A program made the translations under genes and the position numbers. Below are positions 11,638 through 24,330 of a stretch of DNA of 49,853 nucleotides, in pieces (positions within the stretch are counted from its first letter, which is position 1; each line of letters begins with the position of its first letter). The notes under the pieces are model-generated. The model worked only from the letters and a program-made list of their open reading frames with translations. It searched no databases and had not been told where the DNA came from. Location: positions 626,286-676,138 of the forward strand of contig NC_068999.1 of NCBI RefSeq assembly GCF_001194135.2, in the 5' to 3' direction. The DNA is from Octopus bimaculoides. Its lineage: Eukaryota.

Positions 11638-11672
11638 CTTGCAGTACACTGAACCATCAGGAGATGTTAAAC
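11638..11672 (-). CDS. Candidate 35-nt exon, (G)LTSPDGSVYCK
   Basis: Branch-like CCTAAC about 25-30 nt upstream of cttctAG, donor AAG|GTATTG, one open frame ending in phase 0, compatible with 8316-8195. Confidence 0.3.
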
Positions 11673-12892
11673 CTAGAAGTTTACAAGATCAGAAAGTGTT
11701 AGGGGTCCACATCTCATACATAAGACAGGGAAGTGCTAAGGCGCTGATTTTATAGTTTTCGTTGTTGCCATTAAGTTGTGTCTGCATATGTAAAATAAGC
11801 AGTCAGATGTCACAACATTACATTGATGTGAGGCACATTTGTGGTTTATGTTTTGCCTGCAATCAAATCTCCCCTATTTTTTTTTACTCTTTACTAGAGT
11901 CTAAAATGAACTTTCCATGCAATTCCTCAAATTTGTGGCTGACATGAAACATTATGATTAAATAGAAGAAAAGATTATAATTTATGGTTTAGTTTCAGAG
12001 GTCAGAATTTATAAAGCCTTAGTCGACATTTTCCTTGATACGATCCAGCTCTCCTTATTAACCTTTTCCTTTACAAAAACATTCCTCTGATCACTGTGAT
12101 GGAAAAATCAATAATCTGTTTATTTTTCTCCCATCCCCTAACGATCAAGAGACAACTGATAGAAGGTTAAACATGCTTGCACCCGGAAACACAACAAACT
12201 ATTTTTCACAAGATTGTTGGATCTCTGAATTCATTTTCGGTTTATTAACTACATCACTAACATGGCGTTCATGATTTATTTCCTTTAATTCATTTCTAAA
12301 CACATTTCTGGATTTAACAAACGAAATAAATCTAAAATACGGATGTTTAGTTCATGCCAATGCAAATTAATAACTTGTTCACACAGGCATTTTTATAATT
12401 CCATAGATTTTTATCAATAACGTCGATACTTTGGCTATAATAGGATTTTTGAAATGAGGTGCAAATTGAAAACCTCAATTCGATCGTATGTTAAAAGCAC
12501 CTGTTTTAATTAATTTCACAGATCTGACATTCAATAAAAATATTTAATTCATTATTTTGCAAATTGTTATCATTTCATATTCTTTTGTTTTGTTCTATTA
12601 ATGTTTATGAGTGGTTTGTTCAAATTTTCAATTTCTCGTTATCATTGTCAATGGGGATTTCTTTGCACATTATAGAGATTCTGTTGCTGTTGTTGCTGCT
12701 GATGCTGTTTTTGCTGTTTATGTTGTTTCTAATATTGTCGTCGTCATTGCTGCTGTTGTTGATGTTGTTAGTTATGCAATTATACAAATGTTTGTTTATG
12801 TACTGTTTGTACTACAATTCTTATATAACTGATATCTTCTACATCTTATTTTCCACATTAATTCTTTTCTTCTATTGATATTATAGCTTCCA

Positions 12893-12958
<66 letters not shown>

Positions 12959-14854
12959 ATGCATATATGTATATGTATGTATGTACGAATGTATACACAT
13001 AAATAAATATATACTTACATTCATAGACATACCTACACATACATACACACATTTATATTTGTATATGTGTGAGTGTGTGTGTGAGAGAGTGTGTGTTTGT
13101 GTTTGTGTGTGTACTTATGTATGTATATGCATACATAAATACAGTATTAATTAATTTATGCTCATATGCTGTCGAGAGTGCTTATCATGCGCTATCATTC
13201 TTTCAAGTTTTGTCAATATAATTCCTCTTCGCACCCTCTTCCATTGTTCATTGGTGAGCCAATTTCCTATGAATTCCATATGCATTATTTCGTAGACTGA
13301 CGAAGAATATTAATATGATCACCAAATTTCCACGAACTAATTACTCATTAAATATGTCATGTGAATTATTAACTATGTTCAATTAATTACTGCGATACAA
13401 TTTTTTCAAACGTTGATAGATATCCGTTCGAAAATGTTTATAAATTATTAATAATATAACAACAATAAACTACGAAAACAACAACGACGAAATCGTCATG
13501 AAAAGTAATATTGTAACAATATGGAAACGTTTATATGAAAGCAAACTAAATTTTGAATCTCTACATATTTTATACATTTATAAAACAATCAACGTTCCTA
13601 TGAAATATTTCCTGATTCATGAAACGTAAGAATTAATAGAACTGATAAAGAAAAAGCGAACGAAAAAATAAGATGAAAATATATATATTCAGTGTCGTAT
13701 GCGTTTCAATGATCGATTCAGACTATAGACATCTTTCATTTCGTGTTCGTGACATAAAAGAAAGCAAACTTATTTTTCTCTTTTCGCAATAAAAGGTTTT
13801 AAATTGAATTAAAATAATCTCCAGAGAATAATTAACAGCTGTTATTGAAGAAAAAATATGGCGCTAAGAAACTTTGTGGTCTAGGTGCCATTAGATAAAG
13901 TTGGGATTTGTGAGGAAATTATTTAGAATAATGAAACCATTGTTGTTTAAAATATTATGGAGAAAAATTCATCGAAAGATTATGCGTAGTTTTGAAAGTT
14001 GTATAACATTAATTTTTATGAGACGAGGGGGAATAATGGTGGTTTTGTATTGAGACATATATGAATATAGCAAGGAATGACAAGTTTGTTAAGACATACA
14101 TGGAATTATCCTGGAGATTAGCGGAACAATTGAAATGGAATATAATCTCAATCAGCAAAAGAATCTTTGGATTTCGTGAACCGATGTGCCTTTTGTTAAA
14201 GATAGATTAATGCTGGTTGATGTACATTTTCCAATTTTATGCGGTAATGTTACGATAGAAACAATATAATGTAGAATTGTTTAACAAGTTTTGAACAGTT
14301 GAGTGCATGTCTCATGGAGTCACTCTGAAAAGCAGTAGTCGTAACACAGTAACCTATGGAACGCTACTCCTTATTTTCGTTTGCTTAGAGTTTGCTTTCG
14401 TTCCTTAGAGGTTACAATGCCCGACTTCTATATTCTAAAAGTTATAGCTACTTTGAAACGTTTCCAACAATACTGAGATCAGGCTACTTGTGGCATATCA
14501 CAACATGGTAGATATTATCAAATCTTTCACAAAGTCGGGATATGACACATCCGCATTTGACATGTTGGGCAGATGCTTTAACAACCATTCGTAGTGCCTT
14601 AAGAGCTGTGCCAGGTAGATTCTACAGGGAGACAGTCATTAAATCATTCCCTCCCAACAATGCAATCAGTTTGTCATTCAGAAAAACTTGTACAGCACAT
14701 CGAAAGATTTACTGACATGGATAACTATACCATGCAAGTGGGAAATTCACTCGTAATAAAGATTTGACTAGGAATTCAAATATAATGTTTAACGGCTTAT
14801 CTACGATCTACTTATCGATTAGTCAAACTTTCTACTTATCATTTTACCTGCACC

Positions 14855-14892
<38 letters not shown>

Positions 14893-15299
14893 CACACACA
14901 TATGTTGTATTCATTCTTACCACAAGTATTTCCTTATAAACAATGAAATAGTATAACTGTAGTTTTGGGTTTTGTTCCGCTACATAATAGAATCCTCTGC
15001 TTATATCGATATTAATTCCGCTTAACATAATGTAAACAAAACTAAATAAAAGAAAGATTAGAGATAAGAATATGTCTTTGAAGAACAAACGAACTTGGAA
15101 ATATTGCTGTGAAATTATTCAAAATATTTTAAAAATATTTAGAAATAATTGATCCTTAAAGAAACTGGCTTTTGTGGCGAGACAAAAGAGATTGTTGTAA
15201 TAGATTATTTACACTTAGAGCTTAAGTGAGATATACACACATTAATACGAATATATATATATATATATATATAATGATGACACTGAAAATAATATATAT

Positions 15300-16022
15300 N
15301 NNNNNNNNNNNNNNNNNNNNNNNNNNNNNNNNNNNNNNNNNNNNNNNNNNNNNNNNNNNNNNNNNNNNNNNNNNNNNNNNNNNNNNNNNNNNNNNNNNNN
15401 NNNNNNNNNNNNNNNNNNNNNNNNNNNNNNNNNNNNNNNNNNNNNNNNNNNNNNNNNNNNNNNNNNNNNNNNNNNNNNNNNNNNNNNNNNNNNNNNNNNN
15501 NNNNNNNNNNNNNNNNNNNNNNNNNNNNNNNNNNNNNNNNNNNNNNNNNNNNNNNNNNNNNNNNNNNNNNNNNNNNNNNNNNNNNNNNNNNNNNNNNNNN
15601 NNNNNNNNNNNNNNNNNNNNNNNNNNNNNNNNNNNNNNNNNNNNNNNNNNNNNNNNNNNNNNNNNNNNNNNNNNNNNNNNNNNNNNNNNNNNNNNNNNNN
15701 NNNNNNNNNNNNNNNNNNNNNNNNNNNNNNNNNNNNNNNNNNNNNNNNNNNNNNNNNNNNNNNNNNNNNNNNNNNNNNNNNNNNNNNNNNNNNNNNNNNN
15801 NNNNNNNNNNNNNNNNNNNNNNNNNNNNNNNNNNNNNNNNNNNNNNNNNNNNNNNNNNNNNNNNNNNNNNNNNNNNNNNNNNNNNNNNNNNNNNNNNNNN
15901 NNNNNNNNNNNNNNNNNNNNNNNNNNNNNNNNNNNNNNNNNNNNNNNNNNNNNNNNNNNNNNNNNNNNNNNNNNNNNNNNNNNNNNNNNNNNNNNNNNNN
16001 NNNNNNNNNNNNNNNNNNNNNN
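15300..16022. other. Assembly gap (723 N)
   Basis: N-run. Confidence 0.99.
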
Positions 16023-17103
16023 TATACATAAATAAACACACATACATACTCTTGTATTATCTTTTACCACATAACACACACAAACACACAAATACGCACA
16101 CACATATGTATGTACACGCGTCTCTTTATATATACTCACGCGTATATACGTGTGAGTATCGACAGCGATTGGCTTTTTAGGAAAGCTTACATAAAAATAT
16201 ATTCCAGTGGAGAAAATTTAGTCATTCCTAACCCTCATGGATATATCGACTTTCGTATGCGTCTATAAATTAGTTGCCGTATTTATGTCTGTGTGTGTGT
16301 GTGTGGGGGGTATAAATGTGTAACTTCTGCGTGTATGTGTGTGTATATGATGAACTTTCATTACGTGTTTATGTGAATATATGTAAATATCTAGTCTCTG
16401 TTTGCTACAACACACCATGACGATGTATGCGCAAACAAACGAAATTATAATACATGACTTGTGTACAATACATCGTGTTGGCATCATGCTGTTATATGAT
16501 AGATTAATTAAATCGACGACAACGACGACGACAACAACAACAATAACAACAACAACAACAACAATATCAACAATAGATACAACAGTAGGAAGTAAAATAA
16601 AAATTACAGCAGCAAGTAAAATAAAATTTTAGCCTCAGGCAGAGTGCATTGCTCTCGCTCAAAACATTTCTAAACATTGAAAATATATTTGTTTTCTCTT
16701 CGAATACCAAATAAGTTTTTGTATACGTTTTTGTCACACTCTGAAAAATAACATTGATAAATAAGTTGGTAGATGTTTCCCATATGTGAATATATAATTT
16801 TCGTCACTAGACCTGATAAAATTAGCAGCTAAATCTTCCTTCAAATACAAGACGCTTCCCTCTTTCTTAATATAGGAGTCTGGGCTTACATTTACGCCAA
16901 AATGATTACGCGTGTTCAAGCATCTTAGAACCTACACACATACACCCAGACACTCTCTCTGACACAGGTTCGTGGGGGTAGTGTCCTTAGGCACCTCCAC
17001 CATAATACTCCTATTGTAGGGTGGGCATGGAAAGAGGAGAAGTGAAAGAAGAGTATAAAGAAAGAACGAAAGACAGACTATGAAAAAGAATGTGGATGGA
17101 AGG

Positions 17104-17126
17104 TATTATTATTATTATTATTATTA

Positions 17127-17177
<51 letters not shown>

Positions 17178-17204
17178 GTAGTAGTAGTAGTAGTAGTAGT
17201 AGTC

Positions 17205-17262
<58 letters not shown>
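17104..17262. repeat. (TAT)n(TAG)n compound microsatellite
   Basis: Seen directly. Confidence 0.97.
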
Positions 17263-17935
17263 AGGAAATAGAAGAAAAGGAAGAAGTACAAGAAGAAAAA
17301 TGGACAGCAAAAAGAAAACAAGTAAGAATATGAATAATTAAGGAGGAGGAGGAGGAGAAGAAAGTGGAGAAAAAAGGGAAGAAGAAATTCACTGGGCATA
17401 GAATACAACAATAGAAAAAAAAACTGCAAAAGACGTAGAAAATACGAGAAGACTAGAAGACAAAATGTAGTAAATCAGCCGAACATGAAATTATGTGAAG
17501 AAAAGATTCTCAGTAAGAAAGAATAAAAAAATATAGAAGTTGAAATCCCGACAACGAAGACACAAAAAGAAAGATGGCAGCAAAATATATGTAGAAGACA
17601 CAAACATAGACCTTTCGCAAAGTTGGTTCTTTGGCAATATCATCACCACCACTATGATAACTATAATCACACGCCGCCATTGTTATAGTGATTCCCATCT
17701 CAATAAACAGAAGCGCCATATTGCTTAATTAGAACCTTAGTTACAGATTCTTCATTCAGCAGAAAGCAAACATTGATAATACAATTATGGTTGATCTTCC
17801 GTCTGATTAATGGACTTGCTAACACGATCTTCGTTTCACGGAAACACATTCGGTCTGTCCTCAATTGGGTCGAAGCCAACCAGTCTGTCATTTTAATTGC
17901 ATCTCCTGTGATGCACTAGGATGTACGCTTCTGAT

Positions 17936-17986
<51 letters not shown>

Positions 17987-18413
17987 ATACACGTTTGTAT
18001 GCATGCATGTAAGTATATCAGATTTATCAATCTGTATGTATCATTAGCGATAGCAATTATATATGTGCATATTTGTATATACACAGATATATGCATGTAT
18101 ATACGTGCATACATACACACAAATATATATACATATATGGGGGATGTGTAGATGTGTTTATGTGACAATCTTTTCTCATCTCTCTGTATACACACATATA
18201 CATACATATGCACTGACAAACTGGCGCGTGCACAGACATACATACATACACATGCGCGCGCACATATATAATTATACGAGGTTGAAACCTTATGAAAATG
18301 TGTTGTAAAGCATATAATGGTACCATACACTTACATAGGCAAAATACATCCGAGAGGTTCAGCGACATTTTCTGTTTGTCCAACCACAAAATATTAGTAA
18401 CATAGGCGAATGA

Positions 18414-18846
18414 AAGGAGCACTACAAAAGGAGGTCAAGAGCACTATACTAGCGAAAGGGCTACACCGGAGATTGTGCGAGGAGTGGGGGAGGGGCTAGA
18501 AAGATGCACGTCGTGGTATGAACATAAATCGCAGAGACTGGAGGAATCAGAGATGAGCAAAATTCTCTGGGATTTCTTAATCCGAACAGATTAGCTTCTA
18601 GAGTATAACAGACCGGACCTAGTGGTGGTGGACAAGGTGCACCACATATACTATATATTTGATGTTGCATTCCCATTTGACCCACGAATAGTTAAGAAGG
18701 AAGGCGCTAGAACAATACTATGTGCAAAACAAAATATATGACACCCTAGGCATAACACCAACATGAACTTCTAACTTGTTGTCCCTTGAGGTCTTGGGCT
18801 GAGATTTGGTGCCAACTTGTATAAATACAAAGCAAATGTCAAACAT
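18414..18846 (+). mobile_element. R4/Dong-type non-LTR retrotransposon 3' remnant: REL endonuclease region plus 3' UTR
   Basis: Frames give KEHYKRR, AKGLHRRLCEEWG and GLERCTSWYEHKSQRLEESEMSKILWDFLIRTD*LLEYNRPDLVVVDKVHHIYYIFDVAFPFDPRIVKKE. This is the WYEH / KILWDF / RPD-x-V-V-V-D / D-V-A-x-P signature of PD-(D/E)xK REL LINEs. There is a stop at 18592-18594. The 3' UTR ends GTCAAACAT directly on (TAA)n. Confidence 0.88.
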
Positions 18847-18873
18847 ATAATAATAATAATAGTAATAATGATG

Positions 18874-18952
<79 letters not shown>

Positions 18953-18983
18953 CAACAACAACAACAACAATAATAATAATAAC

Positions 18984-19050
<67 letters not shown>

Positions 19051-19149
19051 GCAATACCATTANNNNNNNNNNNNNNNNNNNNNNNNNNNNNNNNNNNNNN
19101 NNNNNNNNNNNNNNNNNNNNNNNNNNNNNNNNNNNNNNNNNNNNNNNNN

Positions 19150-19228
<79 letters not shown>

Positions 19229-19244
19229 CAACAACAACAACAAC

Positions 19245-19305
<61 letters not shown>
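18847..19305. repeat. (TAA)n/(CAA)n array containing an 87-N gap (19063-19149)
   Basis: Seen directly. Confidence 0.97.
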
Positions 19306-19344
19306 GCAATACCATTAGCGAAAATAATATTCATTTCAAATTTC

Positions 19345-19741
19345 TTTATTGCCCTCAGGGGGATAGATATAAACAAGGTACCAAATATGAACTCTGTATC
19401 ACGGAAAAACTGAATAACATCCGAAATATTAGGGATAGAACCATCCTTCCCCCTGCATACACAAGTAATATTTCAGACTTCAAAGAGGAACCACCACACG
19501 CGCTGATAATCCTACAAGGATAGTTTCTTTTCCTGAACGTGAAAATTGAATATATACAACAAACGAACTCCGCACACAGAAGCTGCACACCCCCTTGACG
19601 AACAACCTCAGCACAGAAACATACGAACTTCACATATACCAAGGATATAATATAATATAATGCAAATTTACCATGCAGCATGTCTGTTCTTCCGAAAGTT
19701 ACATCCAAGAGTAGAGTCCCTTCGCGTAAAATTGTTGCCAT
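19345..19741 (-). mobile_element. Probable LINE (L1/Tx1-like) 3' end
   Basis: Minus strand ends CCCCCTGAGGGCAATAAAGAAATT (AATAAA at 19345-19350), similar to GCCCTGCGTGGCCAATAAAGAAA at 27742-27764. The upstream extent is uncertain; MATILREG may be the end of ORF2. Confidence 0.45.
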
Positions 19742-19778
19742 ATTATATTTTACTTAACATAAAACGTTTGACATTTAC

Positions 19779-19843
<65 letters not shown>
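19779..19843. repeat. (TA)n microsatellite
   Basis: Seen directly. Confidence 0.97.
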
Positions 19844-19850
<7 letters not shown>

Positions 19851-21247
19851 TGACACAAATATCTATTCTGTATTGATGGTTTTTAGTTGATTTTATGTTT
19901 TAGGTTGGTTGAATAAAGGTGAATCATGGGATATGTGCTCTCTGTAATTCTTAATACTCTTTCCTTTCTCTCTCCGTAAAAATCGATAACCAGATAACTA
20001 AATTAGGTCATATTATGTGATATATATTTGTACCTTCGTATGTATGTATACTATAATTTTGAAACTCTCATTTTGGTCTTCCTTTCTAATCTAATTTGTG
20101 CCAATGTTGTGCACTGTTTCAGTGAAATCATTTTAACCTTTAAAAAGGAGTGTGTGACACACAATCATTGGCCTGTTGTAAGGTCTATGTCAATGAATCA
20201 CCTTCGTCGCAAAGCAGACACTTCCAAGTTATTGTCAAACATTTTGCTTTGTATAGGAAATTAAATATAATGATTTATTGAAAGCTATCAGTTTATATTC
20301 AGATGAATATTTGATAGCTTTTTATTATGTATAAGTATACATACGAACATATATTTTATACATACAAACACATATACACATATACATACATGTATATATA
20401 TATGAGTATATATTTATGTATATATATATATATATATGTGTGTATGTGTATGCAGATATGTGTGTTTGTGTGCATGTGTATATATATATTAGAAGATCTT
20501 AAGTAGTCATATCGTTGTGTAAGTAGTTGTGTGTGTGTTTTAACAATGGCAGCATTTTGTACTTCGTTCTCAGAAGCCTTGGGAGTTGACCTAACAGTTC
20601 ACAAGTTAAAGTACAGCAAATAGAGACACAAAACGGGAAAAATCAGTAAATAATAGCTAAAAACTAGTGAAATCGAATTTTCTGCCCTGAATTGTGTTAT
20701 AGAAGGAAAGAGCAAAGAATGAAACTAGAAAAAAACATGAAAATGGATAGAAAAGAAGAACAAGAACAAGAGCAAACAACAGAAGGTTTTTACGAAAAGA
20801 CACGACTTTGAGAGACGGATATTCGATAAATCAAATGAAACTGCAGCGTGAATAAAACTAAAGCAAAAACAATTTGCTAACTAAAGATGGATGCTAATAA
20901 ACCAAAGGAAGAATCGCCAACTATTCTGCCATCAAACATCATCGACAATTTAAGTAGTTCTCCGATGTTTTATGGTAATTAGTACATTCTTAGTTAACCT
21001 GCTTCACTGTCTTTATTTTTCCTCTTTTTACCTCTTTTCCCTCTAAATTTCTTTCATTTTTACTAAATCTTGTTATAGTTGTTGTTTAATTGAATCTTGT
21101 TAATTCTTATCTCTTGTTATTTATTTGATTTATATATTCATTTTATTCAGTATTTACTTTTTGTTTTATTATAGTTGTTCATTTATGTGTCGCTTTTTTA
21201 TCGACGATTTCTTCTTTTATTGACTTTCCTGTCTCTCATCACTCTCC

Positions 21248-21252
<5 letters not shown>

Positions 21253-21313
<61 letters not shown>
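21253..21313. repeat. (CT)n microsatellite inside a roughly 700-nt pyrimidine-biased tract
   Basis: Seen directly. Confidence 0.97.
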
Positions 21314-21316
<3 letters not shown>

Positions 21317-21597
21317 TCTTTATCGCTCTGAAGCACGATCACAGTCTCTCCCTCTCATTCCTACTAAATATCTGTTGCTATCCATTTTACTTTTTCTCAG
21401 TTACATTACATCTCTCGTTCTAACAAAATCGCTTCCAAACCCTCTTTCAACCTTATTATTCCTCTTCAATTTATATCCGTATCTCTCATCATTTCTTCTC
21501 AGTCTTTGTCCAGTTATTTACCTTTCTCTTTCTGTCTCAGCATATCTTTCTAGCAATTTCTGTCTCCCGTCTATTTCTATTTTTTTCTCTGTAACTT

Positions 21598-21631
<34 letters not shown>

Positions 21632-22724
21632 GATCTACCTATTTCTATATTTCTATCTTTCACCGAATATTTCTGTCGCTCTTCATCTCTATCTCGTCTA
21701 TTGTACCCTTACCCATATTTGATTTTTCTTCTTATCTTAAAAACAGAATTATTCACTGTAAAACAATAAATCCTTGACGTAGAATTGTATTTTGCAATCC
21801 AATATTAGAATAAATAAGGATTATATTTCCAGAAAGATAATTAATTCTTGTATTTTATCGTGTTTTTATTTGGTTCAAAATTCTTTCTTATTTTAGACTA
21901 TCGTCAAAGTTTCCCGTTTCATTCCTTTACATTTGCAGACAACTATTTATTGTTTTTATCTTGTTGTTTTAGTAATTTTTCCGTTTCGCTTCTCTATTTT
22001 TTTTCTATTCTGATTTATGGATGGAAATCAATTTATAATTGATAACCGTTGTTTATTATTTGTATGGCGCCATCAGCATTAACATCGTCTTAAAGGACGT
22101 CTGAAAATGGCTGGATACAAACGGAATTATGAAAGTTTCAGAATGGCTACCGAGCTAAAGGTCTCTACCGAAACATGCTCCGAAAAATACTCCCACGCAC
22201 TGGGTCAGATGGTGTTGTTTAACTGGTTGGTAGATTAAAAGTCACTCTTTTTTTAAAACCATCAGCTGAATCTCTCCTAAATAATATTATGCTGTCACAA
22301 TCAGGAAAAGGCACATTGGACTCCTCGACTCACAAATACATGAGCTAATCAAGGCCCGGGCGCCGTTGGCAATAGAAACACCGAAACAAAACGCAACTGT
22401 TTTTGTGTATTGATGGACGATAAATTATTTGGTGTAGTGTGTAGAAGATTCATTTGCAGATAACCTATGAAACCTGTTTACATTAATTATCCTTGTATTA
22501 ATCTGGATTATACATTAATTATGAATTTATCCGTAAACTCTTATCTCTATTTTTCTAATGAGAAATTGAAGCTGTTGTTTTTACAAACAACTTTCGTTTA
22601 GCAATACACCGGTCTATTCAACAACACCCAAAATCTTCTTCAAATTGTAATTTACTGCCTGAAAAGTTGAATAGAACATTAGATTATGTAGATTAGATTA
22701 AGTTGTGGTAAGAACGCTGTTGAC

Positions 22725-22786
22725 TATAGACCCGTCTGATCAAGACTGACCGAAACCTAGGCAACAAGGAATAAATGAAAGAGCTT
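22725..22786 (-). mobile_element. SINE-like interspersed repeat fragment
   Basis: Reverse complement GGTTTCGGTCAGTCTTGATCAG resembles CCAGGTCAGCCCTGAT at about 31081-31096. Confidence 0.35.
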
Positions 22787-23346
22787 TTTATGGAATCACT
22801 CAACTCGCTAGAAACATAAGCTTCATTTTTCTCAAACCACACCGTAATAAAACTGAATGACTGGATAACATGTTAGAGAAAATAGGAATTTATGATGATG
22901 GAATAAATCAGATGTACGTCTAAAAAGTCTGCGAATTAAAGAGGATTCCAAAATACTTACATAATTGTACACGTAAATATCCACACACACAGACACAGAC
23001 ACAGGCACAGACACACAAGTATATAAGTTATAATTTTATACTGGATTCATCTTCTTCATATATATACTGCAGATGAAAGGTAAGGACTGAAAACTTGTGT
23101 GATTAAGTAATATAATGGGATCGATTTGTTCAACTAAAACCTCACCAGGCAGAATAACAACTTAATTTTTCTGATCAGTTGATGTATAAAGAAAAAAATT
23201 AACTTGATATTTTTATAATGCATTCACACATAATGTCATACTTTTATACATGTATACATGCATAAATACATATTGCATAAAACTGACTGGTTAAATAATT
23301 TAAATACAAACACATAAAATATAACCACACACACAAACACACACAT

Positions 23347-23349
<3 letters not shown>

Positions 23350-23423
<74 letters not shown>
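23350..23423. repeat. (CA)n microsatellite
   Basis: Seen directly. Confidence 0.97.
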
Positions 23424-23428
<5 letters not shown>

Positions 23429-24177
23429 TTATAGATATATATATAGATATGTAGACATAAGTGCATACGTATATCTGCATAGTTATATATAAATGTATAT
23501 GTATATACACGAATATTCACAGGTACACACACACACACACACGCACACATTCACACGCACACATTCACACGCACATACACGCACGCACACACAGATATAT
23601 ATACATACATGTATACGTTAATGCTTAAGTGCTACTGGGAGTTGCAAAATTTCACACCAAATTCGTAAAAAAACCAGCAATAAGTAAAACAATAAACACT
23701 CAACAACAATAACGTGGACAAAAGAAAGCAAAAAGTCAAAATACAAAAAGCAAATAAACAGAAGAACGGAAGTAAATATATTCTGAAGGGACTATTAAGT
23801 ACACACACTTTAAAACAAAAAAAATATAAAATTAAATAAAAAAAACTATTACTCCATGTACACATTATTTCATAATTACTTTACGTTTTATTTAAATATT
23901 TATATTTTTCATTTTGAAAAAGGGAAAAATTAAAATACCGATAATGAATATATTTATGACTATTTTGTCATGTTCGTTATTTGAGTTCTCTTCTCCGGTG
24001 TTTGTTTATATTGCTTCTGTTATCTTTTCTAATTTTATTTCTAACGTTCTTCATGGAAATGTTGCAAAATTTGAAATGGTGAAAAGATGAAGTATAATTG
24101 AATTCTTATATTTTGTTTCAACACAAACTCATATACATACATATATACATACATATGTACATACATACATACACTTC

Positions 24178-24179
<2 letters not shown>

Positions 24180-24246
<67 letters not shown>

Positions 24247-24294
24247 TTACATATACACATAGTCATATTTACATATACATATCTGTACACATAC

Positions 24295-24330
<36 letters not shown>
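24180..24330. repeat. (TA)n microsatellite pair
   Basis: Seen directly. Confidence 0.94.

Noticed and set aside
14490-14570. Minus-strand VKCGCVISRLCERFDNIYH resembling the piggyBac C-terminal Cys-rich domain
   Set aside because: The upstream CxxC half and the spacing do not match.
16831-16868. KKEGSVLYLKEDL resembling the APE endonuclease GGV-x-x-Y-x-K motif
   Set aside because: Single short motif with no other APE motifs nearby.
19355-19741. 128-aa minus-strand ORF as a gene
   Set aside because: It runs through a probable LINE 3' UTR and low-complexity sequence; no domain recognised.
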